64,000 nucleotides of DNA, taken from contig CAZFKP010000015.1 in assembly GCA_964518725.1 (NCBI GenBank), forward strand, positions 1,450-65,449. Reading direction: 5' to 3'. This DNA comes from an uncultured Rickettsiales bacterium. Lineage in GTDB: Bacteria > Pseudomonadota > Alphaproteobacteria > Rickettsiales > SXRF01. Position numbers and translations under genes: made by a program. The notes under the pieces are model-generated. The model was not told the origin of the DNA. It did not search any database and was given only the letters and a program-made list of their open reading frames with translations. Shown piece after piece: positions 8,292 to 19,200 of the stretch (position 1 is the first letter of the stretch; each line of letters begins with the position of its first letter).

Positions 8292-8561
8292 TTACTCGCC
8301 GTGCGCGCCAAGCTCCATGGCCGCATCAACGCCCTCTTCATCCTGAAGCGTGATCGGCGTGCTCGGCACCACGGTGGCAATGGTGTGTTTGTAGACAAGC
8401 TGCACCTGCGAGCCGCGGCGGAGCAGCACCGAGAAATTATCGAAACTGGTGATGTTGCCTTGCAGCTTGACACCGTTGGACAGGAAAATAGTCACCGGAA
8501 TGCGCTTCTTGCGGCAGGTGTTCAGGAACACGTCCTGCACGTTTTGCGGTTTCTCGGCCAT
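8292..8561 (-). CDS. hfq: RNA chaperone Hfq
   Basis: [47 protein letters not shown]...[13 protein letters not shown] is a canonical Sm1/Sm2 Hfq sequence. Confidence 0.96.
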   Translation of the reverse strand: MAEKPQNVQDVFLNTCRKKRIPVTIFLSNGVKLQGNITSFDNFSVLLRRGSQVQLVYKHTIATVVPSTPITLQDEEGVDAAMELGAHGE

Positions 8562-8583
8562 GGCTTATCCCCCCGTTTTTCTT

Positions 8584-9951
8584 TTAGAGATACCCCTTCA
8601 CCGCCCGGCTTGCAACTATTTTCCCGTTTTCGGCGAAGGCCTCGTGGTTTTCATCAATCTCATCGAGCTTGTAATAATAGTTGGCCATCATGCCTGCCGA
8701 CTGTTTCAACCCCTTGGCGGAGGTGTCACCCAGCCAGTTGAGCCGCTCCAGCCGCGCCCCGTTGAACAGGTGGAAATTGGCGACCGGGTCGAGCGGGCGG
8801 CTGTGCTTCTTTTCTTTGAGCAGGTAATGGGCGCAGAGCTTGATCAACAGAGGCTTTAGCTTCTCAGCCTGTTTTGCATCCTTGTGCCAGTCCCCATCCA
8901 GCTGTTTGAGCTTCGCCACATCTTCTTTGCCCAGAAGGTCGGAGGCGCCTTTTTCGATCAGCGGGTCGAGCCATGCGCGGAACCCCGGCACCGGCGAGAG
9001 GGTGGCGTAGGTTTTGATATTTTTCATTTCACTTGAGAGTTTTTCCACCACCCGCTTAATCAGGAAGTTGCCGAAGCTGATGCCGGAGAGCCCCTTTTGC
9101 GCGTTGGAAATGGAATAGAAAATGGCCGTATCGGCTTCGCTGATATCGCCGGTGGCGGCTTTCTCGTCGAGCAGTTTCTGCACATTGTCGCTCATGCCGG
9201 AGACGAGTGCGACGTGCACAAAAATTAGCGGCTCGGCAGGCATTTTGTGATGGAAGAAAGCGAACACGCGGCGATCGGCATCGAGGCGATTTTTCAAATC
9301 CTCCCACGACGATACGCGGTGCACCGCCTCATACTCGATCAGTTTTTCCAGAATCGCCGCAGGTGAATCCCATGAAATTTCCACCAGGTCGAGCAGCGCC
9401 ACATCGAACCAGCTTGAAAGTATTTGTTTCAGGTCGAATTCCAGCGCTTTGAGCTTCGCATCATTGCCGATGATCGGCAGTAAATCGGCACGCATATTGA
9501 CGAGGAATTTAAACCCATCCGGCAGCGCGGTGAACTGGCGGAGAATGGTACTGCGCGGTGTAGCCAGTGCTTCGCGCATTCCGATTTCCAGCGCCAGCTT
9601 CTCATCGGGCTTGGCGTTGGCGTAGTCCTGCGTGAGTTTGGTGAGTTTTTCGTGGTTCACATCAAAATCACCTGCCAGCATGGCCAGGAATTTCTTTCGC
9701 CCGGCCTCGTTCAATCCCAGGTAAATGCGGCCAAGCTCGGCGGTGTTGGCGCGTGCCGTCACCTCGCCGCCCGGCGAATCAAGGCAGAGCATCATCCGCT
9801 TGCGAAGCTCATCCTCATCTTCTTTCGGCAGGTTCGGGCGAATCTCGCTGGAAAAGACGTGAAACGCTGTGCCTTTCACCTCTTGCCAGGTGCGAAGCAG
9901 GCTCGCAACGGTTTTGCGGCGGAGATGGGTGATGCTGGATGATTCACTCAT
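8584..9951 (-). CDS. Malonyl-CoA decarboxylase family protein
   Basis: 455 aa. Strings ...ISWDSPAAILEKLIEYEAVHRVSSWEDLKNRLDADRRVFAFFHHKMPAEPLIFVHVAL... and ...FYSISNAQKGLSGISFGNFLIKRVV... are typical of the MCD/MatA family. Confidence 0.82.
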   Translation of the reverse strand: MSESSSITHLRRKTVASLLRTWQEVKGTAFHVFSSEIRPNLPKEDEDELRKRMMLCLDSPGGEVTARANTAELGRIYLGLNEAGRKKFLAMLAGDFDVNHEKLTKLTQDYANAKPDEKLALEIGMREALATPRSTILRQFTALPDGFKFLVNMRADLLPIIGNDAKLKALEFDLKQILSSWFDVALLDLVEISWDSPAAILEKLIEYEAVHRVSSWEDLKNRLDADRRVFAFFHHKMPAEPLIFVHVALVSGMSDNVQKLLDEKAATGDISEADTAIFYSISNAQKGLSGISFGNFLIKRVVEKLSSEMKNIKTYATLSPVPGFRAWLDPLIEKGASDLLGKEDVAKLKQLDGDWHKDAKQAEKLKPLLIKLCAHYLLKEKKHSRPLDPVANFHLFNGARLERLNWLGDTSAKGLKQSAGMMANYYYKLDEIDENHEAFAENGKIVASRAVKGYL

Positions 9952-10074
9952 ACCTTACTCATACGCAAAGATATGTGCGACGTCATTGGATTTTTTTGCA
10001 TGGGCAGCCTGCGCTAACGGGTGGGCGGCAACGGCGTTTCCGGATCAGCCGATGGGCGGAGGTGCGCCCGTGCA

Positions 10075-10620
10075 TCATAGGCCGCAAGCCCGGTTTCCCG
10101 GAAAGTGAGTCGGATGGCGCTCAGCGCCTCGTTGATGTCCACCGACGCTCCGGTCTGGATGGAAATGCAGATATGGCGATTTTTTTTTGGGATCGTTATC
10201 TACCATGCCAAGCTCATTGACATTGACTGCTTCGATACGCGAAATCCCGGCGCGCTCCAGCGTCTCCATTTCATGTGGGTAAGGGCCTTCACCCCCGGCC
10301 TTCATGGCATTGAATTGTTTGGCAATCAGCAGGTTTTCTTCGTCGCAATCGAGCACATATTCCAGTTTGCCAGAATGATAGGCCGGATCGTCCTGTAGCA
10401 GGTTAAGGACGGAGACAATCCCGCAATTAATAATATTTTTTCCATGTTGTTTCCCAGGGGCATTGTGGCGGACGGAATGTACAAACGGCGTTGAGCAGGC
10501 GCGGATGCTGCATCCCATCATGTCGTGATCCAATGGCGTAATATTGTTGTCCACCCGCTTATCACCCCCCTGAAATTGCTTGTTGCAACAGGCTACAAGC
10601 CATAATAAAGATACACCCAT
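10075..10620 (-). CDS. Hypothetical lipoprotein
   Basis: 181-aa ORF with the lipobox-like N-terminus MGVSLLWLVACCN. GC is lower (about 47%) and I recognise no family. The last 30 or so codons lie in GC-rich sequence and may be read-through. Confidence 0.45.
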   Translation of the reverse strand: MGVSLLWLVACCNKQFQGGDKRVDNNITPLDHDMMGCSIRACSTPFVHSVRHNAPGKQHGKNIINCGIVSVLNLLQDDPAYHSGKLEYVLDCDEENLLIAKQFNAMKAGGEGPYPHEMETLERAGISRIEAVNVNELGMVDNDPKKKSPYLHFHPDRSVGGHQRGAERHPTHFPGNRACGL

Positions 10621-10728
10621 AATCTTGTTAATCTGTTAATATATCAGCCTAAAACGCCTGTTTTCTGGCTGAAATTGGCAAATAATCCCCCGTGAAGCTG
10701 GGTTTTAATCGCCAACCAATGAGGTGCA

Positions 10729-11748
10729 GTGAAGCGTCTTTATCTCCATATCGGTACAGAAAAAACCGGCACGACCAGCCTGCAAAATTTTCTGTTGGCC
10801 AATGAAAATGCGCTCAACGAGGTCGGTTTTTCCTATTTATGCGGGGATGACAAACCTTATTTTTACCAGTTGACCCATTTGCCGCTCATCGCATCCCTGC
10901 TCGGCGTTAAAAACTCGCATTTTCCCGAGCAGCGCCATCCTGCTGAAACCATACTGCAATGCCTGAAGGATGATCTGGCGGCAAGCGACAAGGATATCAT
11001 CCTGTCGTCCGAAGAATTTTCCACCCGTATTCATGACAAACAATCGCTTGCCAAATTACGCGAGGTCGCGGGGGAACGTGAGGTTTATATCGTATGTTAC
11101 ATACGCCCTCAGGATGAGCTGGCGATTTCTTCCTATAGCACCAACGTGCTCTATGGCCGCACGGCGCCATTCAGCTCCGATGATGTCGTTTTCGAAAACC
11201 GCTATTTCAACTATGCCGCCTTGCTGGGGCCATGGGCCTCAATGTTTGGCTCGGACAGGTTGATCGTTCGGAATTATCAGCGTTCCGCGCTGGTCAAAGG
11301 CGATATATGCCAAGATTTTCTGGGCGTATTGGGTATCGAGGATATGACGGCGTTTGCTCCCGTTTGTGAGTGGAACGCCTCTCTCGATGTGCGGCAAGTG
11401 GAGGTGTTGAGGCTATTCAACATGTATATGCCCCCCACTTCAAGCCCGTCCGCCTACAAAGAAGCGCAAAATATGCGCCTCTGTCTGTCACGTTACTTGC
11501 CACGGGGAGAGCCTTTGCAGCAAATCCTCTCAACCGAGGAACGCAAAGCCATCCTCGCCGAATTTGTGGAGGCCAACCGGGAGGTGGAGCGCCGTTATAT
11601 GACTCCCGGCGCTCTGGCCGGCTGGAACGGCGAATCCGTGCTCGGCCTGCCGAGTCAGCCTCTCCATCCCGTAGATATGAATGATCTGTGCGAGACGATC
11701 AAGCTGCTGACGGAAAAGCTCATGGCGCTCGAAAATTCTAAAGAGTAA
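10729..11748 (+). CDS. Sulfotransferase-family protein (putative)
   Basis: 339 aa. The N-terminal HIGTEKTGTTSLQ resembles the PAPS 5'-phosphosulfate-binding loop (PKxGTTxL), and CYIRPQDELAISSYS resembles the 3'-phosphate-binding RxxxxxxS motif. Confidence 0.55.
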   Translation: MKRLYLHIGTEKTGTTSLQNFLLANENALNEVGFSYLCGDDKPYFYQLTHLPLIASLLGVKNSHFPEQRHPAETILQCLKDDLAASDKDIILSSEEFSTRIHDKQSLAKLREVAGEREVYIVCYIRPQDELAISSYSTNVLYGRTAPFSSDDVVFENRYFNYAALLGPWASMFGSDRLIVRNYQRSALVKGDICQDFLGVLGIEDMTAFAPVCEWNASLDVRQVEVLRLFNMYMPPTSSPSAYKEAQNMRLCLSRYLPRGEPLQQILSTEERKAILAEFVEANREVERRYMTPGALAGWNGESVLGLPSQPLHPVDMNDLCETIKLLTEKLMALENSKE

Positions 11749-11833
11749 CCACGCCGCCCTATCCGCTTAATTGCTCGACAAAACAGCTCTTATCCCATAA
11801 AAAGCGTATTCACTTTAATCCCAAGGTTTTTCT

Positions 11834-13042
11834 ATGTCGCAAAAAATTAAAAAAGTCGTGCTCGCCTATTCGGGCGGCCTTGATACTTCCATCATCCTAC
11901 GCTGGCTGCAGGAGCAGTATGGCTGCGAAGTCGTGACCTTCACCGCCGACCTCGGCCAGGGCGAGGAAATTGAACCCGCTCGCGCCAAAGCCAAGATGAT
12001 GGGCGCGAAGGAAATCTATATCGAAGACCTGCGCGAGGAATTCGTGCGCGATTTCGTGTTCCCGATGTTTCGCGCCAATGCGCTGTATGAAGGTGTGTAT
12101 TTGCTCGGCACGTCGATCGCCCGCCCGCTCATTTCCAAACGCCAGATCGAGATTGCGAAAGAAACCGGCGCCGATGCGGTCGCCCACGGCGCCACCGGCA
12201 AAGGCAACGACCAGGTGCGGTTCGAGCTCGGCTATTATGGCCTGAATCCTGATATTAAAGTGATCGCCCCGTGGCGCGAATGGGATTTGACCTCGCGCAC
12301 GAAACTCATCGAATATGCCGAGAAGCACCAGATTCCGATCGCGAAAGACAAGCGCGGCGAAGCCCCCTACTCTACCGACGCGAACCTGTTGCATATTTCC
12401 TACGAAGGCAAGGTGCTGGAAGATCCGTGGGTGGCGCCGCATGAGGATATGTTCACGCGTTCGGTATCGCCGGAAAAGGCGCCCGATAAGCCTGAATTCA
12501 TCGAAGTAGAATTTAAGAATGGCGATGCAGTAGGCGTGAATGGCGAAAAACTTTCCCCTGCCATGCTACTCACCAAACTCAACGAACTCGGTGGCAAGCA
12601 CGGCATTGGGCGGCTCGACCTGGTTGAAAACCGCTATGTCGGCATGAAATCGCGTGGCGTATACGAAACGCCCGGCGGCACAATTTTACTCGCGGCCCAT
12701 CGCGGTATTGAAAGTATTACGTTAGACCGTGGCGCCATGCATCTGAAAGACGAGATGATGCCGCGCTACGCCGAGCTGATTTATAACGGCTATTGGTGGT
12801 CGCCGGAGCGCAAAATGCTGCAGGCGCTTATCGACGAATCGCAACGCAATGTCGAGGGCATCGTGCGGCTGAAACTGTTTAAAGGCAGCGTGAGTGTCGA
12901 TGGCCGTAAATCCACCAAATCGCTCTATTCCGAAAAACACGTGACCTTTGAGGACGACGCAGGCGCCTACGACCAGAAAGACGCGGCTGGATTCATCAAG
13001 CTCAACGCGCTCCGGCTACGGCTTTTGGGGCGGCAGGGTTAA
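11834..13042 (+). CDS. argG: Argininosuccinate synthase
   Basis: 402 aa with [13 protein letters not shown] (ATP pyrophosphatase motif) and [15 protein letters not shown]. Confidence 0.97.
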   Translation: MSQKIKKVVLAYSGGLDTSIILRWLQEQYGCEVVTFTADLGQGEEIEPARAKAKMMGAKEIYIEDLREEFVRDFVFPMFRANALYEGVYLLGTSIARPLISKRQIEIAKETGADAVAHGATGKGNDQVRFELGYYGLNPDIKVIAPWREWDLTSRTKLIEYAEKHQIPIAKDKRGEAPYSTDANLLHISYEGKVLEDPWVAPHEDMFTRSVSPEKAPDKPEFIEVEFKNGDAVGVNGEKLSPAMLLTKLNELGGKHGIGRLDLVENRYVGMKSRGVYETPGGTILLAAHRGIESITLDRGAMHLKDEMMPRYAELIYNGYWWSPERKMLQALIDESQRNVEGIVRLKLFKGSVSVDGRKSTKSLYSEKHVTFEDDAGAYDQKDAAGFIKLNALRLRLLGRQG

Positions 13043-14609
13043 ACACCATCCCCCAGTAATCCATCCCCAGCCGTAGGATAAAATCGCCTTTGGGGATGTT
13101 GAGTAACATCCGCCCGCTGATCGGCTCGACGGTGATGGCCAGCGGCGCTTTATTCAGCGTCGCCTGCCAGATGGGGTAATAGAAATGTTCCAGCCGCAGC
13201 GTGCCCGCCTTATCGGCATGGCCGGAAACAATAATCCCCGCCGCATTCCATTGCGCCACGTTGAGCGCACCGCTTCCCGCCACCCACTCAGCTTGCCGGC
13301 GCCCCGGCCTGTCGATAAAATCATGGTAGAAATGTTGTTTATCGGTGCCGTATTTCGTGTCGGTGTCTTTGGTGTTAAAGTAACGGATGATGTACTGGTC
13401 GGCGATGGCTTTCTCGTGATTCCCACGCGTATCCTGCGATACGCCGCCATAATAAAACAGCCCGGAAAATACAAAAAACATCAGCGCGATCAACGCATCG
13501 CCCTGCGCGGTTTTCCGGTGCCGCCAGACATGCTCGGCCATCACCGCGCCGATCAACACCATCGCCAGCGCAATCAGCGACGGCATCCGCCACGGCGTCG
13601 TGACCCCGGAAACCTGCCTCACCACCCACCAGAGCGGCTCGCTCACCGATAGCGTCATGAATCCGGCGATGGCGGCAATCGCAAGCCATCCCATGCATTC
13701 GCGCCGCGCATCGGTATCTGTAATTGTTCCGCGCTTGAATAAAAACAATGCGAATATTGTGATAGCGGCCAGCAGGCTGATGCCAAGGCCGATCAGCGCC
13801 CACTGGTGGTCACGGTAAACTTGCGGCTGGTTGAGATAGCTGTTGACCCAGCTTAATTGCCAGTGCGCGGGTCCGCCCATGCGCTGGTTGAGTGTCGGCT
13901 CCAGAAGCTTCATCGGCAGGTAATGGAACAGCCCGATCATCGCCGCCAGCGCGCACGCAATGCCAAGTTCAAGCAAGCTCTTCATTCGCGTGCGACTGAA
14001 GAACAGGACAAATAATCCGGCGCCCATCAGCCCGATCAGCGTCACCGGCGCATGACAGAACATGCACAGCGTAATCACAAGTGCTAGCTTTGGCCAGTGC
14101 CGCCATGGCTGTTCGCAGAGCTGGCGCAGGTAATAAAATAGCAACGGCAGCAGCGCGACACAACAATATTCAGCGTAGGAACTGCGGGTGTGCAGTTCGG
14201 CACGGTAGCCCGACCACAAAAACACGAATGCTGCAAACGCGGCAATCGGAAAACGCACCCGCCCGCCAAGCCACCGCACGCATCCCGCAAACGCTACCGC
14301 GTTGGCAACAAAAACACCCGCGAGATATTGCTGCGGCACGGCGAGGCCAAGCGGGTGGAAAAGCGCCGCGACATAAAACGGCAACGGAAAATAAAAAATC
14401 GGCGCGGGCGAACCCATGCCGCCATTAGCATCCATGCACCAGCGCGGATAAACGATACCCGACCACAGCTGTTTTGAAAAACAATCAATCTGCGCGTAAT
14501 TCATCACCGAGTCGCCCTCCGGTGACACCAGCAATAACGGCAGGAGGTTGAGTGCTGCGGCCAGTAGCGCAAGCCATGCCAGCCACGTCGATTGGCCAGC
14601 GCGCAACAT
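13002..14609 (-). CDS. Polytopic membrane protein, GT-C-like glycosyltransferase candidate
   Basis: About 535 aa from [12 protein letters not shown]..., with more than 10 predicted TM helices, the motif [16 protein letters not shown] and a soluble C-terminal domain. The ATG at 14609 overlaps the metC stop (TGATG). The ORF-track start at 14711 would run into metC. Confidence 0.5.
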   Translation of the reverse strand: MLRAGQSTWLAWLALLAAALNLLPLLLVSPEGDSVMNYAQIDCFSKQLWSGIVYPRWCMDANGGMGSPAPIFYFPLPFYVAALFHPLGLAVPQQYLAGVFVANAVAFAGCVRWLGGRVRFPIAAFAAFVFLWSGYRAELHTRSSYAEYCCVALLPLLFYYLRQLCEQPWRHWPKLALVITLCMFCHAPVTLIGLMGAGLFVLFFSRTRMKSLLELGIACALAAMIGLFHYLPMKLLEPTLNQRMGGPAHWQLSWVNSYLNQPQVYRDHQWALIGLGISLLAAITIFALFLFKRGTITDTDARRECMGWLAIAAIAGFMTLSVSEPLWWVVRQVSGVTTPWRMPSLIALAMVLIGAVMAEHVWRHRKTAQGDALIALMFFVFSGLFYYGGVSQDTRGNHEKAIADQYIIRYFNTKDTDTKYGTDKQHFYHDFIDRPGRRQAEWVAGSGALNVAQWNAAGIIVSGHADKAGTLRLEHFYYPIWQATLNKAPLAITVEPISGRMLLNIPKGDFILRLGMDYWGMVFNPAAPKAVAGAR

Positions 14610-15775
14610 CAGGCGGAAAGCCTTGTCAGCCCGGCTTCCAGATCGGCGATGATGTCGTCTACATGCTCCAGCCCGACATGGATGCGGATCAGCGTGCCGG
14701 GGTATTTCCACGTGGTCGCAGTGCGCGATTTCTCGATCTGCACCGGCACCATCAGGCTTTCATAGCCGCCCCAGCTATAGCCCATGCCGAAAATCTCCAT
14801 GCTATCGAACATTGCCGCGATCTTACGGTCGTTGGTTTCTGTGAGCACGAAACCGAACAGGCTCGACGCGCCGAGGAAATCGCGTTTCCAGATGTCATGC
14901 CCCGGTGCGCCGGGCAACGCCGGATACAGCACCTCATGCACTTCCGGGCGGGTTTTCAGCCACTGCGCCACTTTCATGGCGTTCTCATAGTGGCGCGACA
15001 GGCGCACGGCCAGTGAGCGCAGGCCGCGCAGCGCCAGGAAGCAATTATCGCCTGACGGCGTCATGCCGAGGTTTTTATAAGTCTGGGCAATGCGCTTATA
15101 GTGTTCGCCGTTGCAGGTAATCACGCCCATGACCAGATCCGAGTGGCCGGAAATATATTTGGTGGCTGACTGGATATTGATATCGACACCCTTCTCGAAC
15201 GCCCGGAAATAGAGCGACGCGCCCCACGTGGAATCGGACACCAGCAGCACGTTTTTCGCATGTGCCGCCTTGGCAATCGCCGGGATATCCTGCATCTCGA
15301 ACGAGAGCGAGCCGGGGCTTTCAACAAATACCATGCGCGTATTATCCTTGATAAGCGCGTCAATCTTTGCCCCCACCAGCGGGTCGTAATATTCCACCTG
15401 CACGCCGAGCCGCGACAAATCCATATCGCAGAAACGCCGCGTCGATCCATAGACGTTATCGGGAATCAGCACATGGTCGCCCGCCCGCAAATAGGCGAGC
15501 AGTACCACCACAATCGCCGCTAAACCTGAGGAGGTGACAATCGCTTTCTCAGCATTATCCACCTCAGCCAGCGCTTCCTCCAGCGCCATGGTTGACGGTG
15601 TGCCGTAACGCCCGTAAATCGGGGTCGGCCAGACGCCGTTATCGGCGGCCATGAAGGAATCATAGGTCGGGAACAAAATGGTTGAGGCGCGGTAAATCGG
15701 CAGGTTCACCACGCCATGGTGATCTTCCGGCGAGGAGCCAAGCGTAGCCAGCAATGTTTCTTTTTTCATGGTCAT
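14609..15775 (-). CDS. metC: Cystathionine beta-lyase (PLP-dependent Cys/Met metabolism family)
   Basis: 388 aa with the SATKYISGHSDLVMG PLP-lysine motif and a MetC-like N-terminus (...NLPIYRASTILF...). Confidence 0.85.
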   Translation of the reverse strand: MTMKKETLLATLGSSPEDHHGVVNLPIYRASTILFPTYDSFMAADNGVWPTPIYGRYGTPSTMALEEALAEVDNAEKAIVTSSGLAAIVVVLLAYLRAGDHVLIPDNVYGSTRRFCDMDLSRLGVQVEYYDPLVGAKIDALIKDNTRMVFVESPGSLSFEMQDIPAIAKAAHAKNVLLVSDSTWGASLYFRAFEKGVDINIQSATKYISGHSDLVMGVITCNGEHYKRIAQTYKNLGMTPSGDNCFLALRGLRSLAVRLSRHYENAMKVAQWLKTRPEVHEVLYPALPGAPGHDIWKRDFLGASSLFGFVLTETNDRKIAAMFDSMEIFGMGYSWGGYESLMVPVQIEKSRTATTWKYPGTLIRIHVGLEHVDDIIADLEAGLTRLSA

Positions 15776-15780
15776 TCTTC

Positions 15781-16218
15781 CTAAAACTCTCTCCCCGAAT
15801 ATCCGACAACAATATGGGTAATACCTTTCGCCTCATTGCCGAACGGCATGAAGCATGCGCGGTACTTTACCAGCTTCCCGCGCCCATTTACAAACTGGTT
15901 CTCATCAATCATGAATGTTTTTTCCAACATGATGCCGTCGAGCTTCTTGATCATGATGTTGAGCGGGTATTCGCTCACATGCACGTTCACCATCTGACTC
16001 GTCAGGTCGCGCCCATACATTTTGATGAGCTGCTCGCCCATGAACAGGTAATTATAGCTATAGCCGCCCTGCGTGTGGAAGGTGCCGAACTTAATGCATT
16101 GCTGCCACATATCGTCAATGGTCGCAGGGTTAAGCTGCTGAATCTCCGGCATTGGCTTACCCCGGCGGATAAGCTCCCAGTAGTTTTGCAGCCGGGTGAC
16201 GAGGCGCTGATCTTGCAT
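15781..16218 (-). CDS. Small PAS-like (PAS_5-type) domain protein
   Basis: LQNYWELIRRGKPMPEIQQLNPATIDDM... matches the YW..lR.g..lP.r..idP pattern of small alphaproteobacterial PAS_5 proteins. I placed the start at MQDQRL (16218) to avoid overlap with ileS; 16269 is also possible. Confidence 0.5.
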   Translation of the reverse strand: MQDQRLVTRLQNYWELIRRGKPMPEIQQLNPATIDDMWQQCIKFGTFHTQGGYSYNYLFMGEQLIKMYGRDLTSQMVNVHVSEYPLNIMIKKLDGIMLEKTFMIDENQFVNGRGKLVKYRACFMPFGNEAKGITHIVVGYSGREF

Positions 16219-16294
16219 AAATGCTTGAGTTTCTATGATTAAAGAAGTAAACAACTCCTCCTTTAACAATAATATAGTTGCCCTGTCCAGACTT

Positions 16295-19200
16295 ATGAAA
16301 CACTACCCAGAACCACAGCAAAACCCCGATTTCCCGGCCATTGAAAAAAACATCCTCGATTTCTGGCAGCGTGATGGCATTTTCCAGAAGTCCCTCGACC
16401 AGCGCGGAAGCGAGTTCGTGTTCTACGATGGTCCGCCGTTTGCCAACGGCCTGCCGCATTACGGCCATTTGCTCACCGGCTATGTCAAAGACGTATTCGC
16501 CCGCTATCAAACCATGCGCGGCAAAAAAGTCGACCGCCGCTTCGGATGGGATTGCCACGGCCTGCCCGCCGAAATGGGCAGCGAGAAAGAGCTGGGCATT
16601 TCAGGCCGCGCCGCCATCACCAATTTCGGTATCGGTAAATTCAACGAGCATTGTCGCACCAGCGTGATGAAATACACACAGGAATGGGAACATTACGTGA
16701 CCCGTCAGGCACGCTGGGTGGATTTCAAAAACGATTACAAAACCATGGATAGAAATTTCATGGAATCCGTCCTCTGGGCGTTCAAACAGCTGTGGGACAA
16801 AGGCCTCGTCTATGAAGCCTACCGCGTGATGCCCTATTCATGGGCGGCGGAGACGCCGCTTTCGAATTTTGAGACCAAACTCGATAATTCCTACCGTGAG
16901 CGGGAGGATAAGGCGATTACGGTAGCGTTTGAGCTGAAGGAAAAACCAAAAGGCGCGCCGGATGCAGAAAAATATTATGTTCTCGCCTGGACGACCACTC
17001 CTTGGACATTGCCGAGCAATCTGGCGTTGGCGGTGGGGAAGGATGTAAAATATTTGTCTGCTATAGGTGCGGATGGGAATTGCTACATTTTTTCTTCTAA
17101 AGCATTTAGTTCTGTTGGTTCTGTTTTAAATTTATCAGCCAAAGTCTTATTTAGTAATGGCGCATCTATTGTAGCTGCGGACGGGAAAGTTATTGCTGCT
17201 TCTGTTATGAACAGTCCTGAAGCTGTACTGACAGAGAGCTATGAAAATCTCTGGGAGATAGAAGTCAATAATCTGATCGGCCTCTCCTATCACCCCCTCT
17301 TCCCCTATTTCGCTTCCCACAAGCACTCTTTCAAGATTCTCGACGGCTCGTCATTCGTCACCGATGGCGATGGTACGGGCATTGTGCATATGGCGCCGGG
17401 CTTCGGTGAGGAAGATCAGAAATGCTGCGAAGCAAATGGCATCGAAGTGGTTGTGCCTGTGGATGGGCAGGGGAAATATGTGGGACTAGAACAAGAACCA
17501 TCTTTTGGTTTTGATGGCGGTCATTTTGACAAAAATAGCTTTTACGTAAACCCAAATAGAATTTACAATATCTCCGACTATAATCACCCTGATCTTCCGC
17601 CCCTAAATTTAGTAGGTCTCAACGTCATTGCCGATAAACGTATAGAAGATAGCGATATTGCTGACTTAGACCCACGCAAAGTAGATAAATTCAAAGAGCA
17701 TGTAGGTAAATTTGGCCTTGCAAACATGCGCATCATTCGCTGGCTGGACAAAAAGAAGGCGCTGATAAAAGAAGAGGTGATTTCTCACAACTACCCGCAT
17801 TGCTGGCGCACCGACCAGCCGCTGATTTACCGGGCGATGCCTTCTTGGTATGTCGAGGTGACGAAATTCCGCGACCGCGCGGTGGAGCTGAACAAACAAA
17901 TCAACTGGATTCCCGAGCATATCCGCGACGGGCAGATGGCGCATATGCTCGCCACCGCACCGGATTGGAGCATCTCGCGCAACCGCTTCTGGGGTACACC
18001 GATTCCGGTATGGCGCGCGCCAAGCGGCAAGATGATTGCGATTGGCAGTATCAAAGAATTAGAAGAACTTTCTGGCCGCAAAGTTGTTGATCTGCACCGT
18101 CCTGTGATCGATGAAATTAAAATTACCAAAGATGGCGAAACCTACACCCGCGTGGAAGACGTGTTCGATTGCTGGTTTGAATCTGGCAGCATGCCGTTCG
18201 CGCAGGTGCACTACCCGTTCGAGAATAAGGAATGGTTTGAGACGCATTTTCCCGCCGATTTCATCACCGAATATGTCGGCCAGACGCGCGGCTGGTTCAA
18301 CACGCTTATCATGCTGAGCACGGCATTATTCGACAAGCCCCCCTTCAAGAACTGCATTTGCCACGGCGTGGTGCTCGATGCCGAAACGGGTCTCAAATAT
18401 TCTAAACGCCTTAAAAATTACAAAGACCCGCTCGAGGTCATCGAGGTATACGGCGCCGATGCGCTGCGCTGGATGATGCTGGCAAGCCCCGTGATGCGCG
18501 GCTCCGACCTGATGGTCGACCCCGACGGCAAATTCATCCGTGACGTCGTGCGCCTCGCCATCAAACCGATCTGGAACGCGTATAATTTCTTCACGCTCTA
18601 TGCGAATGCAGATGGGATTAAAGCGAAGGAAATTGTCACTTCCAATGATGTGATGGATCGCTACATCCGCGCTAAATGTGCGGATGCCGTGGTGAAAATC
18701 GAAGTGGCACTGGATGATTATAACACGCCTGCTGCATGTGACGCGGTGATGATGTTTTTTGAAGTCCTCAACAACTGGTATATCCGCCGCAGCAAGGAGC
18801 GTTTCTGGAAAGAGACCGCTGATGCCGACAAGCAGGCGGCGTATGACACGCTCTATACGGTGCTCGTTGCCATGTGCAAAGCCGCGGCTCCTCTCCTGCC
18901 GCTGACGCTGGAAGAAATTTACAAGAGCCTGACCGGCGAGCTAAGCGTGCATCTGGCGGAGTTTCCTGTTGAGGAAGCTATTGACCCGGATGATGCAGAT
19001 GGCCAGTTGCTGATATGGCAAATGGACGATATACAAAATGTCTGCAATGCGGCGCTTGCCATTAGAAATAGAATCAATATCCGTGTACGTCAGCCACTGG
19101 CTTCAATCACCGTGGTGGGCAGCAAAAATATTGATGGTAAATGGAAATCATTGGTGCAGGACGAAATCAATGTGAAAGATATGATCTGCGAAGATAATAT

